Positions 54,934 through 64,000 of a DNA stretch of 64,000 nt are shown here, piece after piece. The stretch covers positions 620,001-684,000 of the forward strand of contig PPNB01000002.1 in assembly GCA_003707115.1 (NCBI GenBank), given 5' to 3'. The notes below the pieces were generated by a model. That model saw only the letters and a program-made list of their open reading frames with translations, searched no databases and was not told the origin of the DNA. The DNA is from Tortispora ganteri. Its lineage: Eukaryota. The translations under genes were made by a program, and so were the position numbers. Numbering within the stretch: the stretch's first letter is position 1; every line of letters begins with the position of its first letter.

Positions 54934-57117
54934 TTAATCACTATTGCGATATCCAAACTTCACCGCACCTTCTGTCTGTTCAGGATACTGTCGCACAAGA
55001 TAAAAATATGTCAATTGTTTATAATTCTCTTCGCTCTGTTGGTATTTCGCCGTGTTTGATGTGTCGGCAATAGCTAGCCACGGTTCTCCAAGCTTAAAAT
55101 CGCTGTTCACATAGATATCTGATATAATTGACATATTTTGCTGTCTCCATTTTCTTCCGTGAAATGCCATTTCAGCTTTGAAAATCTTGAGTGCGTATTT
55201 CCGTAATTCTGGGTGATCAACAAAAAGATAATGGCTTAACGATAGTGTATGGTCAGTACGCGAAGATGCAAACCTCACCAAGCGGAAAGCTTTCTGTTTT
55301 ATTAACTTGTGCATAATTCTCAAAAAATCAACAGCCCAAGTCAGTCTCAGCCATGAGAAATATCCGTCATCGCCTTCCGGTATGACCAGCTGGCTGGCAG
55401 TCATGTTCGGGATCTTAAGCACTGAAGTCAGCCACACTGAACTAGGTCGCGTTGAAGCTAATAAGAAAAACGCAGGAGGATCTCGAAATAACACCTGAGA
55501 AAAAATTCTTAGTGCTCTAGAATCAACTAAAAGCGTGGCCATATACTCAAATTTGAGCACATGACTTCTTTTAGACCATTTTAAAAACAAAAGGAGGTAT
55601 TCCGAAATAGATCTAAGTACAATATCCTGTGAGCGAATAGTATCTTCACTAGCATAATTCATTGCACCATTACCTTGTGTGTGATGCGTATTTTTCTCTT
55701 CGATATACTGAATGACAGTCAAAAGAGAATCAAGAATCATGGCTACCATAGAGGGTAAGTACCGCAATGAAGAAGCATATAGCGATTCGATCAGATCCAA
55801 AGTATCGGAAATGTAATCATCCGTACATATCATTTTGCTTACCTCTTTTGGGAGTTCAGACTTGAATCCTTGATTGATATTCCATTTGTGAAGTATAAAC
55901 TTCTCATCAATGATCTGTTTTTGAGAAGCGGACATGTACAAAGACGAGTTGAGTAGTTCACATGCCTCTTTGATAGAAGCTGGTGCCTCGCCCTCTCCAG
56001 AGAAAAGAAAAGGATAGTCTTGGTTTGTTTGGAAAATTCCTTTTCTAACCTTATGCCCACCCGGAGAGTGATCCATCTGATTGTTATTGCTCTGAGACAG
56101 TAAAGGCTGAGACGAGATCGTCAGAGAATCTGAGTTGTGCGCTAGTTGAGCAGAAGAAGAATTAAAGGACCGTCCTTCAAGGATCTCTATAGGTATCGGG
56201 TTTGCAGGTGGTGTCAGGATAGGATACTTTGAAGTGATCTGGTGGCGGAAAGAACTGTATGTGAGAAGAGATGCAGACAAGTCAGATTTGGAGTCCCGGT
56301 TTTGTGATACACCATTAAGTTCATTAAGAAGTAATCTAGATTTCTCAAGATCATCAAAATTTCCAAATGCATATTGTATTAGGGTATTAAGGAGAAGGAA
56401 GAATTGCTGCAGTGGGATATCGACATCTGTGATTGCACAAGCATCAGCCATTATTCGTATCAAAGATGATAAGACATCTGTAGCTAGTCGTCTATAGCGA
56501 ATAGGTTTAGGCTGATCGGAATGGAGAAGAACTTGGAAAATGACATATAGGACTGACATGGTAGAAAAAAACACTCCTCTGGATAGGTGTATAGTTTTAG
56601 TAGACTCTGGAGACGATATATGGAGAGATTGAAGATTAAGGGTAGATATTGTGTGCTTTGAAATGAGCAAGCTCATTGTATCAAGGAAGGTAGGTAGTGA
56701 CAAGCAGAGAGCCACGTCGTTTCTAATTGATGAGATGAGCTCTTCTAGAGAAGAATATGTTCCAGATAACCCGAATAAGAGCGCAGATAAAGCTTGAATT
56801 GCTAAACTTATTGAGTTCGTAGACGAAGAGCGGCATCTGGAGAGTAGGGTGTCGATAGTTGCTAGTTTAAGATCAGGAGACAATGATTGCCAGTCAGACG
56901 AGTTAGTTAGAGAATTGAGAGTCTTAGCGGAGTTTTTCTGGATATGCGATATTATGAGGGATTCAGATGCAGAGAACCAAAGGTCAATTTCTATATGCAA
57001 AGATTGCATGTGTGTGTATTCTAACTCTAGAGGTTTTGAAGCGGAAATGGGGAGATCTGAGTTGTATGCATCGGGCCCGTTTGTGAGTAATTCAGAAACG
57101 ATATCTGGATCATTCAT
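54934..57117 (-). CDS. FAR11: STRIPAK subunit Far11/STRIP (N1221 family)
   Basis: EIDLWFS, FQTNQDYPFLF, PASIKEA, LKWSKRSHVLKFEY and GRKWRQQNMSIISDIY motifs. Confidence 0.88.
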   Translation of the reverse strand: MNDPDIVSELLTNGPDAYNSDLPISASKPLELEYTHMQSLHIEIDLWFSASESLIISHIQKNSAKTLNSLTNSSDWQSLSPDLKLATIDTLLSRCRSSSTNSISLAIQALSALLFGLSGTYSSLEELISSIRNDVALCLSLPTFLDTMSLLISKHTISTLNLQSLHISSPESTKTIHLSRGVFFSTMSVLYVIFQVLLHSDQPKPIRYRRLATDVLSSLIRIMADACAITDVDIPLQQFFLLLNTLIQYAFGNFDDLEKSRLLLNELNGVSQNRDSKSDLSASLLTYSSFRHQITSKYPILTPPANPIPIEILEGRSFNSSSAQLAHNSDSLTISSQPLLSQSNNNQMDHSPGGHKVRKGIFQTNQDYPFLFSGEGEAPASIKEACELLNSSLYMSASQKQIIDEKFILHKWNINQGFKSELPKEVSKMICTDDYISDTLDLIESLYASSLRYLPSMVAMILDSLLTVIQYIEEKNTHHTQGNGAMNYASEDTIRSQDIVLRSISEYLLLFLKWSKRSHVLKFEYMATLLVDSRALRIFSQVLFRDPPAFFLLASTRPSSVWLTSVLKIPNMTASQLVIPEGDDGYFSWLRLTWAVDFLRIMHKLIKQKAFRLVRFASSRTDHTLSLSHYLFVDHPELRKYALKIFKAEMAFHGRKWRQQNMSIISDIYVNSDFKLGEPWLAIADTSNTAKYQQSEENYKQLTYFYLVRQYPEQTEGAVKFGYRNSD

Positions 57118-57584
57118 TGTTTTTTATGGTCAATCTCTTCAATAGTTTTAGATATTTGTAATTTTGTATCTTCAGAAAGAGCGGGATCCTTTAATAGAAG
57201 AGATAGTTTCTCTATTTGGCGGATATGTGCAGACTTACGAGCCTTTTTTGTTGCTTGAGCTTTACGTTTGCGTAGTAGATCAGCTTTTAAAAGGGAATGA
57301 CTCTTGTCACCGTTATAGTGTATATCCAATGCCTCTGCAAGTCTGTAACGGGCTATACGGCGATTTTCTTCGCGGGATCTAGAATCCTGGCAATAAACTA
57401 TGAGACCTGTTGGAATGTGCTTTAGCTGTACCTTGCTATTAGTCTTGTTAATAGCTTGGCCACCTGGACCTGAGCCTTTTATGAACGATTCTGTTATTTC
57501 AGATTCGTCTATTATCCTTGGACGAGGTGGGAGCTGTTTTCTGGCAAGCAAATGGGTGCAAGCAGAGAAGCGGCGATACCACAT
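57114..57584 (-). CDS. PTH3: Mitochondrial GGQ peptidyl-tRNA hydrolase / ribosome rescue factor (C12orf65/Rso55 type)
   Basis: FIKGSGPGGQAINKTNSKVQLKHIPTG and SREENRRIAR motifs, with a presequence and a basic tail. Confidence 0.85.
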   Translation of the reverse strand: MWYRRFSACTHLLARKQLPPRPRIIDESEITESFIKGSGPGGQAINKTNSKVQLKHIPTGLIVYCQDSRSREENRRIARYRLAEALDIHYNGDKSHSLLKADLLRKRKAQATKKARKSAHIRQIEKLSLLLKDPALSEDTKLQISKTIEEIDHKKQ

Positions 57585-57699
57585 TGACGTGGGGTGTTTT
57601 GTTATAAAGTGGGATGGGAAAGGTTGACTTTTATACCAATAATAAGGGCATTTTAATCTGATTGTTTTTTTAGACTAAACCTGATTTTATAGAAGGAAA

Positions 57700-57976
57700 A
57701 TGAGTAAACCTATTAGTTTAACCGGTCTAATTCGAAGAAAATGTTATCACATTTATACTCTAACACCTGCTGTTTTATTTACGCAGAAGGAGAACAGGAT
57801 CATAGGTATGTATATATGAAACGATGGTTTACGAAGTTATGGACGCTTTATTAACAATATAAGGATCAATTCTACTGATATTAAGTAGTTTATTTTTGTG
57901 GACATTATATACATATTTTCCATATGGTATTGACACGTTAATTAGTAACATGAACTATTATATTACGGGTAATTGA
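57700..57976 (+). CDS. Serine palmitoyltransferase small subunit (ssSPT/Tsc3-like), 72 aa; exons 57700-57805 and 57864-57976 (not in the ORF track)
   Basis: The spliced product is MSKPISLTGLIRRKCYHIYTLTPAVLFTQKENRIIGSILLILSSLFLWTLYTYFPYGIDTLISNMNYYITGN. The 58-nt intron reads GTATGT..TATTAAC..AAG. One TM helix and a Y.P...YYI.G tail. Confidence 0.75.
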
Positions 57977-58042
57977 AATATATACTAACGGATGGACTAC
58001 CTAAAACCCCTTTGTAGAGTTAGACTTTGACTTCACTAGAAT

Positions 58043-58702
58043 ATGAAAGTATACATTGTGCGACACGGAGAGACTAACCACAATCTACAGCGGATCTATC
58101 AAGGTCAGTTGGATACAGAGATTAATGCTGTAGGTAAGGATCAGGCTAAAAAGTGCAGTCGACGTACGGACTTGGCCGATGTAGAGTATGTATATTCTAG
58201 CGATCTGAAACGGTGCCGAATGACTAGCGAGCTTTTGTTTGCCAAGCACAAAAACCTTGGGCTCATAGAATACGATTCGCGACTAAGAGAGAGGTACATG
58301 GGTGCCTTGCAGGGGATGTCTATAGACGAGGGCCGTGTTCTACTAGCCGCTGAGCATAAGGGTACCTCTGATTATGGCGAAAGTAAACAAGAGATGGATA
58401 ATCGATTACTGGACTTTTGGGATTCTGTTATTAAGAAAAATGCGGCAGATAAAAAATACGAGAAAATATGTATTGTTACACATGGTGGTGTTATCAACAA
58501 GCTGCTTTCACTGTTAGTGAATGAGAGACGAACATATGATTTGAATATCCCCGAAAGCTCAATAAGAGTGCCAGGAAATACTTCAGTAACTGTTATTACT
58601 ACTGATATTGATAGTGACGGTGAATTATATGGAACTATAGATTTAATGGGCGATATAAGTCATTTAAGTTATCACGATATGGTGGATCAGGAACTTAGAT
58701 AA
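58043..58702 (+). CDS. Histidine phosphatase (phosphoglycerate mutase superfamily)
   Basis: RHGET, SSDLKRC, LRERYMG, VTHGG and NTSVT motifs. Confidence 0.92.
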   Translation: MKVYIVRHGETNHNLQRIYQGQLDTEINAVGKDQAKKCSRRTDLADVEYVYSSDLKRCRMTSELLFAKHKNLGLIEYDSRLRERYMGALQGMSIDEGRVLLAAEHKGTSDYGESKQEMDNRLLDFWDSVIKKNAADKKYEKICIVTHGGVINKLLSLLVNERRTYDLNIPESSIRVPGNTSVTVITTDIDSDGELYGTIDLMGDISHLSYHDMVDQELR

Positions 58703-59541
58703 TGATCAGTTTCAAGAAACGGAAGAAATTTGATAAAAGTGAACCGAAATTTAACAAAAGTGAATCGAAATTTGACAAAAGTGAATCGAAACTTGTATAT
58801 AATTCGGAAGACACTAAAGAATTAAATATAAATAATATAAATGAAATAGAATCTGATGATATAATACATGTGGCTAAGAAACTGAAACAAAAGAATGTAC
58901 AACTGTTGAAAAAGGGGCAAAATGATTTAAAGAACGACACTATATCGGAATTTAATAAAGATGATTCTGAAAACACCGATCATGTAATTCAAACAAAAAA
59001 TAACGATGATTCTTCTATAGAGAAAGATAAACAGAATGAAATTGAATCGATAGAATCTAATGATTTAGTATCTATTGATCCTACCTACAAAGGGCAAAAC
59101 AATTACAAATCATTCACTCATACAAATTCCAAAAAACTGAAAACATATTCGAATATTGATTTAACTACATACACAGATTATCAGCCAGATATATGCAAAG
59201 ACTACAAACTAAATGGTTATTGCGGATATGGCGATAACTGCAAGTTCCTGCATTTGCGTGAAGATTTCAAAGCCGGCTGGCAATTAGATAGCGACTGGGA
59301 CAAATTTGTTAAATCATCAAAATCTATATCTGACCCAAAAAAGGATATAGAAATCCCTTTTAAATGCGTTATATGCAAAAATGATTATACTGATCCTGTT
59401 GTGACCGCATGTGACCACTACTTCTGCGAATTGTGTTTCCTTAAGAGATCCAAGAAGACAGCATCATGCTTTGTATGTGGAACAAACACCAACAGATCAG
59501 CTAAACCAGCCAAAAACTTGCGCGATCTATTAAAAGCATGA
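58702..59541 (+). CDS. CWC24: Pre-mRNA splicing factor Cwc24 (CCCH and RING domains)
   Basis: N-terminal FKKR, DYQPDICKDYKLNGYCGYGDNCKFLH and IPFKCVICK...CDHYFCELC motifs. Confidence 0.95.
   Translation: MISFKKRKKFDKSEPKFNKSESKFDKSESKLVYNSEDTKELNINNINEIESDDIIHVAKKLKQKNVQLLKKGQNDLKNDTISEFNKDDSENTDHVIQTKNNDDSSIEKDKQNEIESIESNDLVSIDPTYKGQNNYKSFTHTNSKKLKTYSNIDLTTYTDYQPDICKDYKLNGYCGYGDNCKFLHLREDFKAGWQLDSDWDKFVKSSKSISDPKKDIEIPFKCVICKNDYTDPVVTACDHYFCELCFLKRSKKTASCFVCGTNTNRSAKPAKNLRDLLKA
58726..58791 (+). repeat. 3 x 21-bp coding tandem repeat in CWC24
   Basis: AAATTT[G/A]A[T/C]AAAAGTGAA[C/T]CG x3, encoding KFDKSEP-KFNKSES-KFDKSES. Confidence 0.9.
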
Positions 59542-59650
59542 TTTTCTTGATTTCTTAGAATCCTCTAATGACATTAATAATTAACGCTACTCTTTTACTA
59601 CTTATTACACCTAGAACCTCTCTCTCCCATCCCAGCCCCCACCATACACA

Positions 59651-61996
59651 ATGAGCTCACCACAGCTGCCGAAGGAGTCAAGACGCGTCAAGGTCTATGA
59701 GCTTGTGGATTCTACGTGGGAAGACCGCGGTACTGGATTCTGCGGTGGAGAAATGCAGCACAATGATGCCTTTATATTCGTAGTAAGCGAAACTGACCCG
59801 GATCAGTACTTCCTCAGAACAAAGATCTTTCCCGCGGTCGAATACCAGAAACAGGACGATACCTTGATAGTATGGACTAATCCTGACGATACTGACCTCG
59901 CTCTTAGTTTCCAAGAAGCACAGGGCTGTGATGAAACTCATGAGTTCATCCAAGCAGCTCAGAGACTCTATAATGACTCCCCAGGCGACACAAATCCTTC
60001 AGATATAATGTATCTATCTACCGTCAGCTCGATGCCCGATGAGCCCTCGCCTGAGAACCTCTCAAAGATAGAATTTTGTATAGACTATGCATTTCGGACT
60101 CAGTTTGGCAGAGACAGTCTTGTTCAGTTCCTCCAGAAACCTGGCTACCTAAGCAAACTACTTGGTCTGTTACCACAAGCAGAACAACTCTCACAAGCCA
60201 ACCCGGACGACGTCAAGGATGGCAATTCTATGCTCTTTATATTAAATAGAATATTAAAAGCAATATTTATTTTGAATGACAGCGAAATTGTTGAAATATT
60301 GATCAGTGACGAGAACTTTACTAATGTTTTAGGTGTACTCGAGTATGACTCCGAGTACCCGAATTACAAAGCGAATCATCGCTCATTCATCGAATCTTAC
60401 AGCAAGTTCAAGCAAGTTGTACCAATACCAGATGAACTTATTTGTGAAAGCATTGTTCATACATTTAGACTGCAGTATCTAAAAGATGTCGCTCTAGTAC
60501 GTCTCGTTGATGACAATACATTCACACTTCTCGCGTCGCTTATATACTTCAGCCAGGTCGAGATTATTCAGTACATTCAGAACTGCGAGTCTTTCATAAC
60601 TGAACTTTTTGGCCTTTACACAAATTCTTCTACACCGCTGGAAACTAAGCGGGATGGAATACGTTTCCTTATGCAATTCGTATCTACAGCTAAAGCTTTG
60701 CTGGCAGAGCAGAGAGCTAACATCTATGCAAAGTTTTTAGACCATGGTCTTTATCATGCCATAATATTTGCCCTTGATGATTTAGATACCTTTATATGCT
60801 CCTCAGGTGCAGAACTTATCATGGCCCTTATTGAGGATATCTCATTTTACATGAAAGACATATCTTTAAATTATAACACGTCTAGGAATTCATTTGACGC
60901 CAGAAAACTCTTGAAGAAAATGGTCACTCTTGTTGCTAATAACCATACTTTAAGCACCAAAACGCAGATTCCTGAAGCTATACGCATTTTTCTGACTGCT
61001 GATCTTCCTTTTTCTGATCAAAGTCCTGATCCTGAAAGAGGTGCATCCGACACAATGAAATTTTATTTAGAGCTACTTGAAAGCCTTTATGATTCTATAC
61101 TGAAAATTACTCCTGAAAAAACTGAGCATATGTCAATTACAGAAATAGCTTTTACCTCATACCTTTGCGACTTATTTTGCGTATGCATTCGAACGGAAAA
61201 GTCATATATTCTTGAGTTTGCTAACGAGTCAGATATATGGAATTCTCTCTGTGTTCTACTTCAATCACCAAATTCTCAAGTTGTATCAAGTGCTTTAAGG
61301 TGCTTCCGTCATGGAATTGGATCAATGCATGATCTCACAATTGAATGCATTGAGGAGACAGATTTCATCAAATTGGCTCTTGAAATTACGATTTCTAATT
61401 TGAACAGAAACACCTTGCTGGAATCTGCATTTTTAGAGCTCTTTGATTCTTTACAAAAAGTTGCTGCGAATGAACCACCATCATCTCCAATTATAAGGTT
61501 GTTTAAAACTATCGTTACTGATCACCATGAACTTGTGGATAAACTCACTGTTGGCTCTCTCAATGAAAGGTACAAGACTGTAGAGAAACTCATTGATCGC
61601 GATGATACAACTAGTAATCTTAAAATGCTACTGGTTAATATGGAGCAAGAATCAACAGTTTCTGGAACGGAAGAGATTGAAATTTGGTCTCGATCTAATG
61701 ATTCGCATTCTGGATATTTTGGAACACAAGAGACCGAGTACATAGAAGAGCAGAAGTATCTTATTGAGAGCAATCTGGAAAATATGAAACAAGATAATAA
61801 TGACAACGGAAAAGATATTGCAGAGCAGGAAAAAAATAGCTTGACTGACTCCTCTCAGACTCCGGTACCATCTCCGGGTACCGAGACAAATTCTAATAAA
61901 TTAGAGCGGAAACGCTCATTCGAGATGGCCAAAGAAGATGATGAAGAAACGGAAACTCAGCGGAATAAGCGAGAAAAATCGGAACCGACTAATTGA
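59651..61996 (+). CDS. PSY2: Protein phosphatase 4 regulatory subunit 3 (Psy2/SMEK)
   Basis: RRVKVYEL..WEDRGTGFC, YQKQDDTLIVW, DLALSFQE and TFRLQYLKDV motifs. Confidence 0.94.
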   Translation: MSSPQLPKESRRVKVYELVDSTWEDRGTGFCGGEMQHNDAFIFVVSETDPDQYFLRTKIFPAVEYQKQDDTLIVWTNPDDTDLALSFQEAQGCDETHEFIQAAQRLYNDSPGDTNPSDIMYLSTVSSMPDEPSPENLSKIEFCIDYAFRTQFGRDSLVQFLQKPGYLSKLLGLLPQAEQLSQANPDDVKDGNSMLFILNRILKAIFILNDSEIVEILISDENFTNVLGVLEYDSEYPNYKANHRSFIESYSKFKQVVPIPDELICESIVHTFRLQYLKDVALVRLVDDNTFTLLASLIYFSQVEIIQYIQNCESFITELFGLYTNSSTPLETKRDGIRFLMQFVSTAKALLAEQRANIYAKFLDHGLYHAIIFALDDLDTFICSSGAELIMALIEDISFYMKDISLNYNTSRNSFDARKLLKKMVTLVANNHTLSTKTQIPEAIRIFLTADLPFSDQSPDPERGASDTMKFYLELLESLYDSILKITPEKTEHMSITEIAFTSYLCDLFCVCIRTEKSYILEFANESDIWNSLCVLLQSPNSQVVSSALRCFRHGIGSMHDLTIECIEETDFIKLALEITISNLNRNTLLESAFLELFDSLQKVAANEPPSSPIIRLFKTIVTDHHELVDKLTVGSLNERYKTVEKLIDRDDTTSNLKMLLVNMEQESTVSGTEEIEIWSRSNDSHSGYFGTQETEYIEEQKYLIESNLENMKQDNNDNGKDIAEQEKNSLTDSSQTPVPSPGTETNSNKLERKRSFEMAKEDDEETETQRNKREKSEPTN

Positions 61997-62112
61997 TGAA
62001 TTTATGATATTAAATATTATAACTATGATTGTGCATATCTTTAAAGAACCACTATAGAAAGTGTTGAAGCTCATCTCATACGCCTAAGAGCTTAAATATA
62101 CACCTTATTAGG

Positions 62113-62985
62113 CTAAATTTTGCTAGTAGAACTTTTGCTCTTTTTTGTTCCGGCAACGTTGAAAACTTTCGGGTTTATGACGTCTTCAGGGTAGTTGATG
62201 AATGTATTGGATACTTGCCAACTGCCTCCATCAACGACGACAACGGCGCCATTCACAAAAGAAGCAGCATCGGAGCAAAGGTATACGGTAGATAACGCAA
62301 TGTCACTAATAGTTCCCATGCGACCTACCGGCACACTCTTCGCAGTAGCATCTTGATTAGGGCTAAGACGATCCATACCTTCAGTGCCGGCAATAGGACC
62401 TGGAGCTATGATATTAGATCTGACACCTTTTGGACCATACTCAATAGCAATTACCTGTGATAAGCTGTCAATTGCAGCCTTAGCTGCCGAAACGTGACCC
62501 TGGTATGGGACACCACGGTAGTGAAGAGTTGCTGATACGAAGATAACGTGTCCCTTTGACTTGATCAACTCATCTGAAGCAGCTTTGAAAGTATTGAAGG
62601 AGCCCAGAACATCAATATCAATAACAGTTTTAAAAGCATTAGGAGATAATTGTTCAATTGTAGCGAGGAAGTTACCAGCAGCGCCACAGATCAAAATATC
62701 GATACCTCCTAGTTGTTCGACAGTAGTTTTGACAGCAGCAGTTAAGCTTTCATAGCTTCTTACATCGACACTGAGACCTATAACTTTTGCATCAGGGCGA
62801 ATTTTTGAGATTTCAGCAGCAGCTTTCTCTGTTTTCTGTTTGTTGCGACCTATAATAGTGGCATTAGCACCCAATGCCACTAATGCTTCGACCTGCCCTC
62901 GACAGATCGAACCGGCACCTCCGGTACAGAATACCACCTTATTCTTAAATATATCAGGTTGGAATAACTTTTCGACACCATGCAT
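62113..62985 (-). CDS. SPS19: Peroxisomal 2,4-dienoyl-CoA reductase
   Basis: TGGAGSIC, GAAGNFLA, QGHVSAAKA and PGPIAGTEGMDRL motifs. C-terminal PTS1-like SKI. Confidence 0.93.
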   Translation of the reverse strand: MHGVEKLFQPDIFKNKVVFCTGGAGSICRGQVEALVALGANATIIGRNKQKTEKAAAEISKIRPDAKVIGLSVDVRSYESLTAAVKTTVEQLGGIDILICGAAGNFLATIEQLSPNAFKTVIDIDVLGSFNTFKAASDELIKSKGHVIFVSATLHYRGVPYQGHVSAAKAAIDSLSQVIAIEYGPKGVRSNIIAPGPIAGTEGMDRLSPNQDATAKSVPVGRMGTISDIALSTVYLCSDAASFVNGAVVVVDGGSWQVSNTFINYPEDVINPKVFNVAGTKKSKSSTSKI

Positions 62986-63058
62986 GTTTATGGATCAATA
63001 CGAGTGACCAAGAAGGTCGCTCTTTATATATTTGTGCGAATGTGGGGTAGAACAGTAG

Positions 63059-63064
63059 CCTCGG
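63059..63064. promoter_or_regulatory. CCTCGG (FarA/Ctf1/Por1-type fatty-acid response element) upstream of SPS19
   Basis: Exact core motif about 75 bp upstream of a beta-oxidation gene. Confidence 0.55.
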
Positions 63065-63246
63065 TAGATCTTGAGGGAGGAGCTTATAGGTGTCTTACCG
63101 AACCCGTTGCCAAGGGGCCCATCACAGTTTGGCCACAATAAGTCCAAAGGACAAGACAGCACACTTCTACACTTTTGCCTAACTTGCTCATTGGATCACA
63201 TAGCAGATCGCGCTGCGTATATATAGAATATCCTTGATTTGTTAGT

Positions 63247-63369
63247 ATGGTTACAGACAAACAGCTTGAAAATGTTGTCCTTGGATTGGGTGTCATAATG
63301 ATGTTATTAATAATGGTTTACCAGTTTGCCGCGACATTTACGAAAGAGAGCAACAAGAAGACCCAATGA
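63247..63369 (+). CDS. OST4: Oligosaccharyltransferase subunit Ost4, 40 aa (not in the ORF track)
   Basis: MVTDKQLENVVLGLGVIMMLLIMVYQFAATFTKESNKKTQ matches the Ost4 pattern M(I/V)(S/T)D.QL......LG...M.LI..Y. Confidence 0.9.
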   Translation: MVTDKQLENVVLGLGVIMMLLIMVYQFAATFTKESNKKTQ

Positions 63370-63610
63370 ACCAATAGTTCTCTACGGTGGTATCACTAAC
63401 CGGCAACGTATTATGACTAGTTATATCTTATGACTTTAAGTACGATTAGTATAAAGATAATTTAATGTAGATATGGTAGATACGTGTATATTAACGAAGA
63501 TCCGAGTATATGTGACATTTAAGGTTTTTTTTTTTAACGAAGCTGGGTTATGGAGGGAAAAATAGATTTCAACTATTATTATACATTAATATCCTCGGGA
63601 CATAGCGGTT

Positions 63611-64000
63611 ATGTTGCGCGCGCTTTTATATCGATCTAGAGTAGCTTCTGTGGCAATACGGAGTGAGTTTGTAGTGAAGCGGTATATTTCTGCTTGTTTA
63701 TGTAATCGCATTGAACAGGCAGTAGCTAGTCAACCGATTGAGGAAGAGCAGCGGCAGCAGGTACGCAAGGAAGACAGATACGTTACTTCGCGAATGAAAT
63801 ACGCTGATTTAATGACTGCTGACACTGAAAGGTTATGGATGAACGATTTTGATAGAAGGAATTCATTAATGGAGATCCGTAACGCCCTAGACTCTTCAGA
63901 CCCTGTGAGTGCTTGTATGGTTATTGCAGAGAGATCGAATGATCATGATTTTTTGAGGTTTTTGAGAGAATCAGGTATGCATACGGAACTAGTAAACTAC
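63611..64000 (+). CDS. 3'-partial ORF, probable mitochondrial protein
   Basis: 130 open codons run to the window edge. N-terminus MLRALLYRSRVASVAIRSEFVVKRYIS is Arg-rich and presequence-like. Confidence 0.7.
   Translation, partial: MLRALLYRSRVASVAIRSEFVVKRYISACLCNRIEQAVASQPIEEEQRQQVRKEDRYVTSRMKYADLMTADTERLWMNDFDRRNSLMEIRNALDSSDPVSACMVIAERSNDHDFLRFLRESGMHTELVNY

Noticed and set aside
54828..54956. STO1 frame open back into the end of FAR11 (possible fourth overlap or frameshift fusion)
   Set aside because: It starts at TTG and crosses an A-tract leader. The NLS-bearing N-terminus begins at ATG 54827, and no slippery site is evident.
63084..63296. 70-aa minus-strand ORF
   Set aside because: It is antisense to OST4 and spans the SPS19 promoter.

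Overview
Very gene-dense, intron-poor fungal (budding-yeast-like) chromosomal DNA. It uses the standard genetic code (CTG sits at conserved Leu positions, e.g. Tup1 VRLWD). My impression is an early-diverging Saccharomycotina lineage, but this is unverified. About 45 protein-coding genes are supportable, nearly all housekeeping: ACE2/SWI5-like, CCM1-like, RPS31, CCT6, NOP56, PBA1, YKE2, RPA34, GRC3, SCOT, IFM1, TSR4, GMH1, CAF16, two SDRs, SLD7, RPL25, CWH43, SEC14, NSL1, CNS1, INCENP, perilipin, GPI15, RPS0, SNU23, SPT3, DEG1, WOR1/MIT1-family, ADI1, TUP1, AZF1-like, FLX1, MMM1, STO1, FAR11, PTH3, a histidine phosphatase, CWC24, PSY2 and SPS19. Three small genes missing from the ORF track were found by reading the gaps: TOM7, OST4 and a spliced 72-aa serine palmitoyltransferase small subunit. 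No rRNA, tRNA, transposon or CRISPR was recognised. The most striking feature is operon-like packing: three same-strand gene pairs are joined by stop-start junctions (TAATG, ATGA and TGA-4nt-ATG), head-to-head pairs have only 43-140 bp between start codons, and one convergent pair overlaps. This suggests either polycistronic mRNAs with termination-reinitiation or promoters embedded in coding sequence. Other points of interest are a 5-nt microexon in SEC14, a Homol-D plus Tbf1-like ribosomal protein promoter grammar, an AZF1-like factor with two decayed zinc fingers, and a probable SDR pseudoenzyme. All gene identities come from motif recognition by eye, not from database searches.
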